Assembly: GCA_043228905.1 (NCBI GenBank)
Contig: JBHGNT010000016.1
Span: 11,842,001-11,906,000 of the forward strand
Reading direction: 5' to 3'
Length of the DNA stretch: 64,000 nt
Origin: Azolla caroliniana
Lineage: Eukaryota > Plantae > Polypodiophyta
Shown here: positions 49,125-60,993 of the stretch, one piece after another
Position numbering within the stretch: position 1 is the first letter of the stretch
Layout: every line of letters begins with the position of its first letter
Program-made: the position numbers and the translations under genes
Notes under the pieces: model-generated
The model's input: only the letters and a program-made list of their open reading frames with translations
The model's database searches: none
What the model was told of the DNA's origin: nothing

Positions 49125-52100
49125 TTAAAGACGACGAGTGGAACGAGTCAGCGCTACTTGCGGACCGGGTTTGTCCGGATACTTTCGGTGGAAATCAGCA
49201 AGAAGATCTTGTGCATTGGCAACATTCTCGACGGGTTCCCAAGTACGTTCGCTCGGACTATAACCGAGCCAATCGACCAAGTAATAGAGTTTGTTGCGAA
49301 CAAGTTTGGAATCGAGGATGGCAGCAACTTCGTACTCCGGGCCGGCGTCCAACTCCAGTGGGGGCGGCGGTGGTGTCACGCGATCGGGAATGGTGTTTGC
49401 TTGATAGGGTTCAAGAAGAGAACAATGGAAAACCGGATGTATCTGAAGCTGCGGAGGGAGATCAAGGCGGAAGGTGACATCATTAATCTTCCCCGTAATA
49501 CGGAAAGGACCGAGACGTCGATAATCCAACTTGTCGCACGGTCGAGTAGTCTTGATGTGACGACGTAAGAGCCATACTCGATCTCCGATGGCAAAAGAGG
49601 AGGGAATCCGATGACGATCCGCATAAGTCTTCTGTGTGTGTTGAGCATGACGAAGGTGAGTAGAGAGATCCATCTGGATCTTGCGTAGCCTCTCCAAATG
49701 ATCCTCGGCACGAGGGTTGGTAGGTAGCTCCGGAGTGTCGATCACCGACCAGCGAGGATGGAAACCGGTATAAGCGAAAAATGGGGAGACCCGAGTCGAG
49801 GAGTGAATAGCATTATTATACGCAAACTCCGCAAAGTGGAGAATCTCGGCCCAATCGTCCTGTTGATAACTCAGGAAACACCGGAGATATTGCTCCAGCG
49901 TTTGGTTTGTTCGTTCCGCCTGTCCGTCGGTCTGAGGATGGTAGCCGGAGGAGAGGTTGCAGGAGACCTTGAGCATCTTGAAGAGATGCTGCCAAAATTT
50001 GGAGACAAATTGCGGGCCTTGGTCACTGATAATACTGTCTGGGAGGCCATGATGCCGAAAAACCTCACGCATAACAAGAGCGGCGGTTTCCTCGCTAGTG
50101 ATGGCTTTAGTACATGGCACAAAATGTGCCATCTTCGTATATCGATCGACGACGGTTAGGATAGCATCGAACCCTTTCGAGACCGGCAGATCTGTGATAA
50201 AATCAAGACAAATAGACTGCCATGGCTTACTTGGAATTGGTAAAGGTTCCAACAAGCCATATGGATGGTGTCGTGGCATCTTTGCTCGGCAGCAAGCATC
50301 ACAGGTCCGAACGTAGTCGTCGACAAAACGGCGCATGTGGGGCCACCAAAAAGATCGTTGCACTAGCTCCAACGTCTTAGTACTACCGAAATGTCCCGCC
50401 GTATGGGTGTCGTGACAATGTTGGACAATTTGAAGGCGACAGGAGCAATCGGGGACATATACACGCTTTTTAAAGAATAACAAACCATCATGATATTCGA
50501 ATTGTCGGTAGTCAATACCTGGTTGTTGAGACTGAGAACAGGATGCCCGAGAAGTATCAATGTGCGCCAGGATGTCTTGAGCAAAACTATCCGTCTTCAA
50601 GGTTGCACGTATGCCATCGGTAATCCGTGAATCCATCGGGGTGTGAAAAATCCGCGTCGTGTGCAATCGTGTTGGTCCCAAGATTACTTGCTTTTGATTA
50701 TCAAATGTTGCTTCACCAGGACGAGGTGCAAGATATGCACGTCGTGATAGTGCATCTGCTTTTCCTTGCTGCTTCCCCGGTCGATATGTGATTTTGAAGT
50801 CGAAACGCGTGAGGAATTGCGCCCACCGAGCTTGCCGTCGATTTAGTACGCGAGCGTTCTGAAAATAAGCAAGATTTTTATGATCGCTGAAGACAATGAC
50901 CTGATGTGGAGAGCCCTCTAAGAAATGCCGCCATTGTACAAATGAATCCACGATGGCTAATAACTCCTTGTCATGTATTTCGTAGTTGATTTCTGCGGCA
51001 TCGAATTTGCGCGAATGGAAAGCCACCGGATGCAACTCTTCTTTATCACCTTGTTGAGAAAGGATGCTACCGAGGGCGAAATCTGATGCGTCGGCCTCCA
51101 TGATGAATGGTTTGCTTGTATCCACATGAGCTAGAATCGGTGCTGATGTAAAGGCTTTCTTAAGATGCCGAAAAGCCATATCTGCTTCAATGGACCAAAG
51201 AAATGCTTGGCCCTTCTTCGTAAGTTGTGTGAGAGGTAAAATAATCTTCGAGTAATCCTGTATAAACTTACGGTAGAAGTTAGCAAAACCTAGAAAACAT
51301 TGTACATCTCGTACCGACCGTGGAATTTGCCACTCTAGTACAGTTTGGATCTTAGCTGGATCCATGGCGATGCCCTTTGAGGAGATGACGTAGCCTAGAA
51401 ATTCCACTTGCTTGCAGTCAAAGCTACATTTTTCTAGCTTGGCATAAAGACCATTCTCGCGGAGTCGCTTTAGTACTAATAGTACATGAGAGTCGTGCTC
51501 TTCCTGGGTCTTCGAATAAATCAACAGATCATCCAGATAAATGATCAAACAGATATCCAAGAGGTCTCTGAATATATCATTTGCCATGTGTTGGAAGACT
51601 GCGGGTGCATTGGTTAGGCCAAACGGCATAACAGTATACTCAAAATGCCCATACCGCGTGCGAAAAGCGGTCTTCCACTCATCTCCCGGTCGGATCCGCA
51701 CGAGATTATACGCTCCGCGTAGGTCGATTTTAGTAAAAAACTTGGCACCATTAACTCGCTCTAAAAGACTTGATATAAGAGGAAGTGCATACCTATTCCG
51801 GATGGTGACTTTATTTAATCCGCGGTAATCAACGACAAGACGAAGTGAGCCATCTTTCTTCTTGACAAAGAAGATGGGTGCACCGGCCGGAGATTTCGAA
51901 TGACGGATGAACCCGCTTGCCAAGTTCTCCTCTATGTAGGCTCGAAGGACTTCTAACTCGGTGGGTGACAGGTTGTAAATTGGTCCCCATGGTGGCTCGG
52001 TTCCTGGTTGTAAATCGATGGGACAGTCATAGGGACGGTGATGAGGAAGGGTACCAGCTTTTACCTTGTCAAATACATCGGCATAAGGATGATATTTTGC

Positions 52101-52697
52101 CGGAAGTTGTACTGAGGAGTCCTTCTTAATAGTGCTGGAAGGATGTACTGATATGGAAAATAGGAACATTGCCTCCTTGGGTCCTTCTTCGCGTAGTTGA
52201 TGGAGTGAAATGGTCGAAACTCGGCGAGTTGATTCTTGGGGTGATCGATATCGGACTTCTCTTGTTCTCCAATCTATGGCTGGATTATGTAACTCAAGCC
52301 AAGGTAATCCTAGGACAATGGGATGCTCTGGACTACTAATTATATTAAATGATATTATACACACAAAACTACCTAGGACAACTTGAATGGGTTCTGATTC
52401 TTCTACAATATTCCCGGAAGCAATGGGACGACCATCAATGACCACTACAGATGCGGGACAAGGAAGTTTTCTTAAGGATATCTGAGAAGCTTGGGCAAAA
52501 TTTCGATCCATGAAACAGGAATTAGCTCCGGAATCTAAAAGTGCTAGGACGGGTACTGGGGGAGTACTTTTAGTACTAACAATGACTTGGGCTAGGAACA
52601 CATTGCTAACTTGCTTGGAAGGAATGGAACCACTAATGGGCTGTACAGATCTAGGGCTGCTGTCCAACCAAATGGCTCCTATTTTGGCTGGACTCAA
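49125..52697 (-). CDS. pol: G2 Pol with chromodomain
   Basis: Intact 1190-aa ORF: LLDSGA, YLDD, ADASD, integrase, chromodomain. Confidence 0.95.
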   Translation of the reverse strand: MSPAKIGAIWLDSSPRSVQPISGSIPSKQVSNVFLAQVIVSTKSTPPVPVLALLDSGANSCFMDRNFAQASQISLRKLPCPASVVVIDGRPIASGNIVEESEPIQVVLGSFVCIISFNIISSPEHPIVLGLPWLELHNPAIDWRTREVRYRSPQESTRRVSTISLHQLREEGPKEAMFLFSISVHPSSTIKKDSSVQLPAKYHPYADVFDKVKAGTLPHHRPYDCPIDLQPGTEPPWGPIYNLSPTELEVLRAYIEENLASGFIRHSKSPAGAPIFFVKKKDGSLRLVVDYRGLNKVTIRNRYALPLISSLLERVNGAKFFTKIDLRGAYNLVRIRPGDEWKTAFRTRYGHFEYTVMPFGLTNAPAVFQHMANDIFRDLLDICLIIYLDDLLIYSKTQEEHDSHVLLVLKRLRENGLYAKLEKCSFDCKQVEFLGYVISSKGIAMDPAKIQTVLEWQIPRSVRDVQCFLGFANFYRKFIQDYSKIILPLTQLTKKGQAFLWSIEADMAFRHLKKAFTSAPILAHVDTSKPFIMEADASDFALGSILSQQGDKEELHPVAFHSRKFDAAEINYEIHDKELLAIVDSFVQWRHFLEGSPHQVIVFSDHKNLAYFQNARVLNRRQARWAQFLTRFDFKITYRPGKQQGKADALSRRAYLAPRPGEATFDNQKQVILGPTRLHTTRIFHTPMDSRITDGIRATLKTDSFAQDILAHIDTSRASCSQSQQPGIDYRQFEYHDGLLFFKKRVYVPDCSCRLQIVQHCHDTHTAGHFGSTKTLELVQRSFWWPHMRRFVDDYVRTCDACCRAKMPRHHPYGLLEPLPIPSKPWQSICLDFITDLPVSKGFDAILTVVDRYTKMAHFVPCTKAITSEETAALVMREVFRHHGLPDSIISDQGPQFVSKFWQHLFKMLKVSCNLSSGYHPQTDGQAERTNQTLEQYLRCFLSYQQDDWAEILHFAEFAYNNAIHSSTRVSPFFAYTGFHPRWSVIDTPELPTNPRAEDHLERLRKIQMDLSTHLRHAQHTQKTYADRHRIPSSFAIGDRVWLLRRHIKTTRPCDKLDYRRLGPFRITGKINDVTFRLDLPPQLQIHPVFHCSLLEPYQANTIPDRVTPPPPPLELDAGPEYEVAAILDSKLVRNKLYYLVDWLGYSPSERTWEPVENVANAQDLLADFHRKYPDKPGPQVALTRSTRRL

Positions 52698-52706
52698 TCG
52701 TTTAAC
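52662..52706 (-). promoter_or_regulatory. Putative -1 ribosomal frameshift signal between gag and pol
   Basis: G_TTA_AAC in the gag frame, 6-nt spacer, stem GTCCAGCCAAA/TTTGGTTGGAC; pol is in the -1 frame. Confidence 0.75.
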
Positions 52707-53582
52707 TCTTCATCTAATTGACTAAGGATTTCAAATTTATTTGAGATACTTGGGCTATTAGTACTATGAATACTATCTGACACTCTATTAGTACTATTAC
52801 TACTATCAGACACTCCGAAGGGAAGAATTGACTCAGGTTTAGTACAGGCGACAATTTGATTTACCTGTCTTCTTGGCCTATGGGGACAATTGATGGCGAT
52901 ATGTCCTGGTCCACCGCAATAAAGGCATAATCGATTGGCACGTCGTCGTTGCTTTTCTTCTTCCGATAACGGGCCGCGTCGACGCATGGTATCGATCTCC
53001 ATCGGTGTCGAAGTATTTGCTTGAGGTATGTCTCGTGCAAACGGTTTAGCCGCGACTGCGGCGTAAGTGGGCTCTGGCCTAGAGCGTGGTATCTGTAATT
53101 GACGTTCTGAACGCCGTTCAAAAAGGCGGTTGTCACATCGAACTGCTCGACTGATTGCCTCCGTAAGAGACTTTGGTTCTTCGGGGAAAGTTAGAAGTAG
53201 ATCTTTGACATCGTTTCGCAAGCCATAGCGAAACTGCTCCATTAGTGCTTGATCATCCCAGGGTATATCTGAAGCAAGTAGGCGGAAATCCGCCGCGTAG
53301 GCAGAGGCTGGACGATCGCCTTGACGCAATCGCCGGATCTTGTTGATCGCCGTCCTGATGCTGTCGGTGTCTCCAAAGCAGGCTTTAAATTCCCCAATAA
53401 AATCTTCAAAGTTATTAAGCAAGGGCGATTGTTTTTCTAGAAGCGGAGCGAACCATGCCAAGGCTGATCCGCTAAGTAGCGTGCCTATTAGGCCGACTCG
53501 AGATGCATCAGTGGGATATCGGGAAGGATGCATCTGGATGACAAAGCGTACCTGATTAAGGAATCCCCGAAATTGCGAACGT

Positions 53583-54668
53583 TGTCGTGGCGTGGCTCGC
53601 CTAGAAGCGTAGCGTTGCGTAGACAAAAGATATCGTGAAAGTGAGGAAGGAATCACTGGGATTATGGACGGAAGAGACGAAAGAGTAGAGAACCCTAAAC
53701 CCTGATCAACAAGATATGACAAGATAGGATATAGAATGATATTTGAAGCAATAAAAGAGATTTATAATTATTTGATGAAAGAGTTACAAAAGTGGTTGTT
53801 CACGTCGTTGAACCTCCGAACTTTGTCTTGCAAGGTAATCGCTCTTCTCTTTCTTGATCGTAGACCACTACAATCTTCACTTCAATATTTTAATGAAGAT
53901 AAGGCTCGAACCGCCCCCCTCTTGTTGAGAGTTGACCACCACGACCGCCAAGCTAGAGCTCCACCTTTCTCTTGAACTTCTTCCTTTCTTTCTCTATTTT
54001 ATGGTATCTCTTATGTAATACATATTTGATTGATATCTCATACATATCTCCCTTTGATCTTCTCTTTCACCATTTAAATAGGTGCCCCCATGCATATGAT
54101 GCATTGGAGGGTACAAATCATGCATGTAGTGCATAAAATGCATGTGATGCATGATCGCCATTTGGCGTTCATGCATTACATGTGATGCATGATAAACATC
54201 TCGCTCATTTGAGCTTTTATGTATGAAACAATATATGCAATAACAATAAACATGAAAACATAATCTTAAAGAGAAAGGGCCTATCCTAATGGTAGGTGTG
54301 TCAACTTTGGTGTATGAGGTTGTGGGTTCGAGTCTCAAAATGCTATTGAATACAACATACAACTTTATTTTTATATCATGAAGCAAATCCTTTATGTAAT
54401 ATAAAGTATATATAAAGTATGCTTTATTTTATGTATATTACTAGTATGGAGTAAATGGTAAGATTTGAGAGTCATAGGGTGGGGTTATTGGTTCAAGTCC
54501 TCTCTTGTTCGTGTAATATAATATATTTATCTATATATATATATTATTTTTCTTTACATATATATAATATTATCATATGTGTTGTTATAAAACATTATCA
54601 AATGTTATTTTAGTTACGTATTTATCTTATTGTAGACTTTTAATGTGAAGCTTTCGTACTTCACGACA
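53583..54668 (-). mobile_element. AT-rich solo-LTR-like insertion with 4-bp TSD
   Basis: TGTCGTG..CACGACA termini; TSD ACGT confirmed by the gag reading frame. Confidence 0.88.
54282..54500 (+). promoter_or_regulatory. Two tandem tRNA-like A-box/B-box modules
   Basis: TATCCTAATGG(54282)/GGTTCGAGTCT(54325) and GGAGTAAATGG(54448)/GGTTCAAGTCC(54490). Confidence 0.55.
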
Positions 54669-54996
54669 ACGTGTTCCATCAAATTTCACAGGAAGTCCAA
54701 TCTTGGGCTCTTTATGAAATCCTTGGGGACTGGATCCTTGTTGTTGCAACGCTGCTTCGAGTTGTTGTACCCGTAACGCTAACTCCCCATGTTGTTGTTG
54801 CGTTTGTTGTTTTTCTAGAGCGATTTGTTGCAGATCCCCTATCAGCCGTTGGTTTTCTTGTTCCAAGGCAGCAAACTTTTCTTTTAGGCACTGTAGCTCG
54901 GAGAAAACGGATTGGTATTCTTGGGCGCTAACAGTAGCCATAGTATAGGGGAAAGGGTAGGAGGATGAGGGAGAGTGACAAGTAGGCTAGAGGAAA

Positions 54997-55008
54997 AAAT
55001 TGGTTCAA
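54997..55008 (-). promoter_or_regulatory. Non-tRNA, self-priming PBS of G2
   Basis: TTGAACCAATTT 2 nt after the LTR, complementary to AAATTGGTTCAA ~30 nt downstream of the LTR TATA box. Confidence 0.8.
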
Positions 55009-56600
55009 ACTGTCAGGAATAGTACTAAAACAGAGATTGAATTAGTACTAAGAAGAGTAGTACTATTAGTACTAAGAGGACGGGGCTGCGTAAGATTCCC
55101 GAGAGAGAGGAAGTGAGAAGAGGAGAGAGAGAGAGAGAGAGAGGGAAATAGGATGATGACAGCAGCTCTTATATTATATGAAAGATAAGTACAAATCGAC
55201 TAAGAGGCTTAAGACTGGTGTTGAACCAATTTGGTTCAACATAATGCTTAGTGCCTTCTTTTATAGTGTTCTCAGGAATAATCCTGAAGCTTCTAGAATG
55301 TTCCAGAGAAATCTGGAATATACATTACTTTCTTATAATAAAACATAAATGAAAATAATATTCTATGAATTACAATAGATGGTGAGATGGTTAAGAGCTC
55401 GACCCATATACCATAAGGTCATGGGTTCGAGTCTTGCCATCTCATGACAACGTCCATGCATTTCAGCAGACCTGGGAGGCGAACCATGTGTCCCAACGCT
55501 TAAATGCAACCGAAGAGGAACGCTAAAAAAGGGTAGAGTTCGGCATGACCTTGGAGGGACTGGCTGCCAGATGGCACCAAACACCAGATCCCAGCACCAT
55601 CTCCATGTTTGAAACATTAAAAACAAAATTTTTGCATTTCTTTCACAAGGAGATGGACCAACGGGAAATGGTAGGCTTATTTTACAGCATCCGGTAGGAA
55701 CCAACGGAGAACATTCACCAGTTTGTCATCCGGTTCTAGCCGATCCACAGTCAGCTCAGTCGGACACCACCGGAGGAAGAAACAAAGGCCATATTCTTAG
55801 CAGCCCGCCGGGAACCCTTACGTATGGTGTGCACCGTTATTGATTTCTGCACCAGCAGCATATATCAAGTGATCGACCGAGTTCGGGAAATGGAAACCTC
55901 AAGTTCATGGCTAACCATGGGCACCCTTCAGCGGGCACTACCAACGGAAGAGGAACTCCGTTTCCGGCAAGCAGTTCAATGTATGACATGCCTGAAAGCC
56001 AGACATTCGGCACTGGAATGCACCATGCGTTCCCAATGCTTGCTCTGCCACTCTTGAAGTCACACAATGGAACGGTGTGAGTATAACTTGTTAAATCGGC
56101 AAGCACCACTGGTCCGGCAAATTGAACCACGGAGCAACCAGGAGGAAGAAGAAGAACGTTGGCGGTGAGAAGAGCGCTACCGACCGGCACAAGATGTTCG
56201 GTACAACGATCGAAGAGATGCTTATGACCATTATGACAAACATGATAGATATCGGGACTATAATGGACGGTACGAGAGATACAACCGAGATCACTCCCCT
56301 GGTTACGACCACCGAAGGGACGCATATGGCAAGAATGACGACCAACATCGTCAAGGTTACCGCAACAAAAAGAATTTCAGTAAGAAACGTCATTTCAACA
56401 AAAAGGGGGGTCATCCACGAGAACCGGAAAAGGGCGCTCCGAGCAACCAACCAAACCAAATCCAAGCACTTACCCCTAGTCCTCCACCAAGCACACACGC
56501 CGAATCCAGCAACGCACGGAAGCCGTACTACTATTATTGCCGGCAAGAAGGCCACTATAGTAATCAATGTCTGGCGAAGAGCTACCACAAGCGACCGGCG

Positions 56601-59600
56601 GTGAACATGGTAGACGCGGAAGTCGCGGACATACAACAAGTCACTACAAGATCAAAAGGCAAAGCCACGGAGTGGGAAACTCAAGAAGCCATCTGGAAGC
56701 AGGCAACCGAATGGGTGAAGAAGGAAAATGAGCGGAATGCGGCAGAGCTCGAACAACAAAAAGAGAATGCCGGAGAGCTCACCGGCCCAGGGCAGCCCGA
56801 AAACCCAACCTAGCAAGCGTTACAAGAATGCCAAATAACGCTGCCGTTAGGCCGGTTATTGCAACTGGTACCACGCCTCACGGAAGGTATGAAGACCGGA
56901 AGGACGACAGCTGACACACCACCGGCTCCAGCATTCTTTTCAAATCCGGAGGAAGGATCGACAGTGGTGGACACAAGCAGTCCAGCAATCACAGCCATCG
57001 TGAAGGGAAAGGAGCTACTGGGCACGATTATCGATGGAGGATCCGGCATGAATGTGATCAGCCTCCGAACGTGTAACACTCTAGGAATCCATGATTGGGA
57101 ACCGTGCCCATTTTGGATTCGGATGGCGGACACAAGCTTAGTACGATTGATTGGATTAATACGTGATCTGGAAGTGACCATCGGGGGTCACACATTTCGC
57201 ATTTCCGGAGCAGTTCTCTAGCTACAGGCTCAGGGAGCTTCCCCACTATTGTTGGGGCGCCCTTGGTTAAAAACAACACACATAAAGCAAAACTGGAGGA
57301 AGAATATAATTACGTTCCAACATGGAAAAGCGAAAGTATGAGTACCGACTCAACCACGACCCGGTATCGGCAAGGAGTCAACGCCGCTATATGCAGAATG
57401 TGTCAACATGCTGGAAGGATTGGCACACGAAGAGGTCGATCAATACTTGCAGGAAAATCCGAAGATCGTACCTTTGTTCGAGATTGAAGTAGCCGAAGCA
57501 GTGTCACCATACATACTACAACTAGACGGGACCGACGAGCAACCGGATCAAGAAGCAATCCGGAAATTACGGCAAGCACAGGAGGCACTGGAAAAAGAAA
57601 TGGCAGTATCACAACACGTGAAAGCATCCCAACTAGAAGAGGTAAACCTAGGTACCACAGAGGACACAAGACCGGTGCACATCGCCAAGGAAATGACTTC
57701 GGAGAACAAAACGGCTATGATCACACTCCTAAAAGAATTTTGCGATGTGTTCGCCTCGTCCTACGAGGACATGCCGGGACATCGATCATCAGTTATATCA
57801 ACACCAGATACATCTGAGTAAAGACGCCAAACCGGTAGCTCAACGACGTTACCGGATGAACCCAAATTACGCAGCAAAACTCAAAGAAGAAATCGACAAG
57901 TTGCTAAGAGTGGGCTTCATCCGACCGGTAAAGAAAGCCACATGGCTTAGCCTGATAGTGGTAGTACCCAAAAAGAACGGTAAGATCAGAGTGTGTGTCG
58001 ACTACTAGAAATTGAATGCGGCTACGGTAACAGACGCCTTCCCACTTCCATTCACGGATGGAGTCTTGGATGCAGTCGCCGGTCATAAGGTGTACAATTT
58101 TCTGGACGGTTTCAGCGGCTATAATCAGATCCGGATGCACCCCGCCGACCAGGAGAAAACCGCTTTTGTCACCGAATGGGGAGTCTTTGTTGCTGTAGTG
58201 ATGATGTTCGGACTGAAAATGGCACCGGCAACCTTCCAGCGGATCATCATGGAAATTTTTGGGGAATTCATTCCGGCATTCATGTAGGTGTTCTTGGATG
58301 ACTTCGCTGTTTATAGCCAGGAAGGGGATCACCTTCAGCACCTCCGACTATGCCTAGAAAAATGTAGGGTTTACCGACTAAGCCTGAACCCGGCAAAATG
58401 CGTGTTCAAAGTAACCAGCGGAGCGTTACTAGGCCACATAGTAAGCAAGGACAGTATCGCAGTGGATCCGGACAAAGTAAAAGCAATCCTGGAGGCACCG
58501 GTACCAACCACGGCAAAGGCACTAAGCCGGTTCTTAGGACAAATTCGGTGGCATAGAAGAATGCTCCGGTATCTGGTAGGCCTAGCTACACCACTGCATG
58601 CCGCAGTACATCGGACACCGTTCCGATGGAAGGACATAGAAGACTAGGCTTACCGGGCACTAAAAGTACTGTTGTCACAAGCACACTGAAAGAACCTCCG
58701 GATTGGTCCAAAGAGTTCCATGTGTTCGTTGACGTGTCCGACATCGCAATCGGGAGCGCACTGATGCAACTAACAGAACCGAAATGGTACCGGCTAGTCT
58801 ATTATGCCAGCCAGAAGCTGTCCCAAGCGGAACGGAATTATTCCACAACAGAAAGGGAGGCCTTGGATATGATCTACAGTGTCACCAAGTTTAGACACTA
58901 TCTGTTGGGAAGAAAATTTTCCTTTCATGTAGATCATTCGACGCTCCTCTATTTGGTGTCCAAAGCATCACTCACCGGTAAGCTAGCCCGGTGGACGTTA
59001 CTATTGCAAGAATTCGAGTTCGAGATATTCCACCGACCCGACATACAACATGCGGTAGCAGACTATTTAAGCCGGTTAGATTCCGGTGAAACCAGTGACG
59101 GAGTCCCAAACGACTTTCCGGATATAGAGCTGTTTAGAGTCACAACAGAAACGACATCGGATAGTACGGTCGCAGAGGAAGACAAGTGGCTTACCAACAT
59201 GCACCAATTGCTGAGCACCGGCTTACCTCCGGAGGAGATGAACAAAGACGAGAGGAAACACTTAGCAGTTCAAAGTCAGCACTTTTGTCTATTACAGGAC
59301 ACCCTGTACCACAAAGGCGCAGATGGCATATGGCGGCGTGCAGTGCGCAACGACGAAATCGAAATAATATTGCGCAAAGCACACTACGACGTGGCTAGAG
59401 GACATTATGCCGGAGACGCTACAGCAAGGAAAATATGCCAGAGTGGACTATGGTGGCCGACAACATTGAAGGATGCAGTCCGGTAAGCTAAAGAATGCGA
59501 CCTATGTCAACGAATGGGCCAACCAACCGAACAAGCCAGAATGCCTCACCAGCCCGTGCTACCGTTAGAACCATTTCAGAAATGGGGGCTAGATTTTGTC

Positions 59601-60490
59601 GGTCTGTTCAAACCACTGGCAATGAGAACCGGCAACCGGTACGTGATCGTCGCTACGGATTACTACACGAAATGGGTGGAAGCAAAAGCACTACCTGACA
59701 ACACCACGGCATCCACGACAAATTTTTTATATGAATGCATCTGGTGCTGATATGGATGTTCGATAGAGCTCATAAGTGACCAAGGTGGGCACTTCTTAGG
59801 GCAAGTAGTTGAAAGTTTGACGACATTTTATGCGGTGGTGCACAAACGGAGCACTCCCTATTATCCGCAAGCCAACGGATGAGCAGAGTCAACAAATAAA
59901 ACACTACAGAATATCCTGCGGAAAATCGTCAATGAGAACCAGATGGATTGGGATACAAAGCTGCACAATGCACTCTGGGCCTACCGAATGACATATAAGA
60001 AAAGTATCCGCACAACACTGTTCCGCCTAGCATTTGGATTGGAAGTAGTGATGCCGGTAGAGTTCCAGGTACCGAGTTTATGAATACCGATTTGGGAACG
60101 CCTAAATGAGAAGGAATCGGAAGCTATCCAGTTAAACGCATTGTGCGAATTGGAAGAACACCGGCTAGCCAACATCATGCATCTAGAACTAGAGCAGCGG
60201 CGAAGGACAACATTCGTGGATTGTCACCGAAAAGGAAACGAAAAGATGTTCAGAATCGGTAAGCCGGTACTCGTGTTCCAGACCCGGATGGGTAAGATGC
60301 TAGGAAAACTACGGTTTCGGTGGACCAGACCATACTGGATTACGTGAGAGTTCAACGGCTCCTACCAATTAGGGACACTCGCCGACGAGGTTCTGGGTAA
60401 ATGGGTCAATGGGTTCCGACTCAAACATACAATGGACCCATGCCAAGAAACCCATTTGAACAAGTGAAGGGCAACCAGAACCGGACACCG
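56601..60490 (+). pseudogene. pol: G4 pol remnant
   Basis: IIDGGSG, FLDD, WGLDFVG; many stops and frameshifts. Confidence 0.9.
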
Positions 60491-60993
60491 GTAAGTCAGA
60501 AGCAACGGCAAGTGGTCCAGTGGCCGGCAAGGACCACAATCCGGATAGGGGTCCAGTGGGACCGGATGTGAATTAGCAAAACCATTTAAAAAATAATAAA
60601 AAATAATAATAAATAAATAATAATAAATAATAAATAATAAATAAAAATAAAAGTAAATCATGCAAGGGCGAGGGGTGAACGGACACATGCAAAAACAAGG
60701 AGTGAACGAGAACTTTAAAAAGGTATGTAGTGGGCTATTAATAGGGTATTAAACCGCCACCACATCGCACGACATTCTATTTTAGTACACAACGTGCACA
60801 CGCGCGGGTAAGAAAAAAAAAAACAGGCGCCAACATGCAACAAGAAGACCCCTGCCACATAGAAACCCTCACATTTTGTGAACAGAGGAGCACAAACGCA
60901 GACAGGCGATTGAAGATCAACAAACGCGAGCCCACACCCACAGAGACTCCTCACACACAACCCTCATCAACACTCACTGACCTCGACGAAGCC

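Larger units (their letters stand above)
52694..54941 (-). pseudogene. gag: G2 gag interrupted by a solo-LTR-like insertion
   Basis: KFDGTR|SQFRGF is restored on removing 53583-54668 and one TSD; LSGSALAWF; CLYCGGPGHIAINC. Confidence 0.9.
48675..55449 (-). mobile_element. Full-length chromovirus G2 (Tcn1/Tf1-like)
   Basis: 439-bp LTRs 48675-49113 and 55011-55449 with no visible difference, TSD ACGTC, PPT 49114-49126. Confidence 0.96.
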
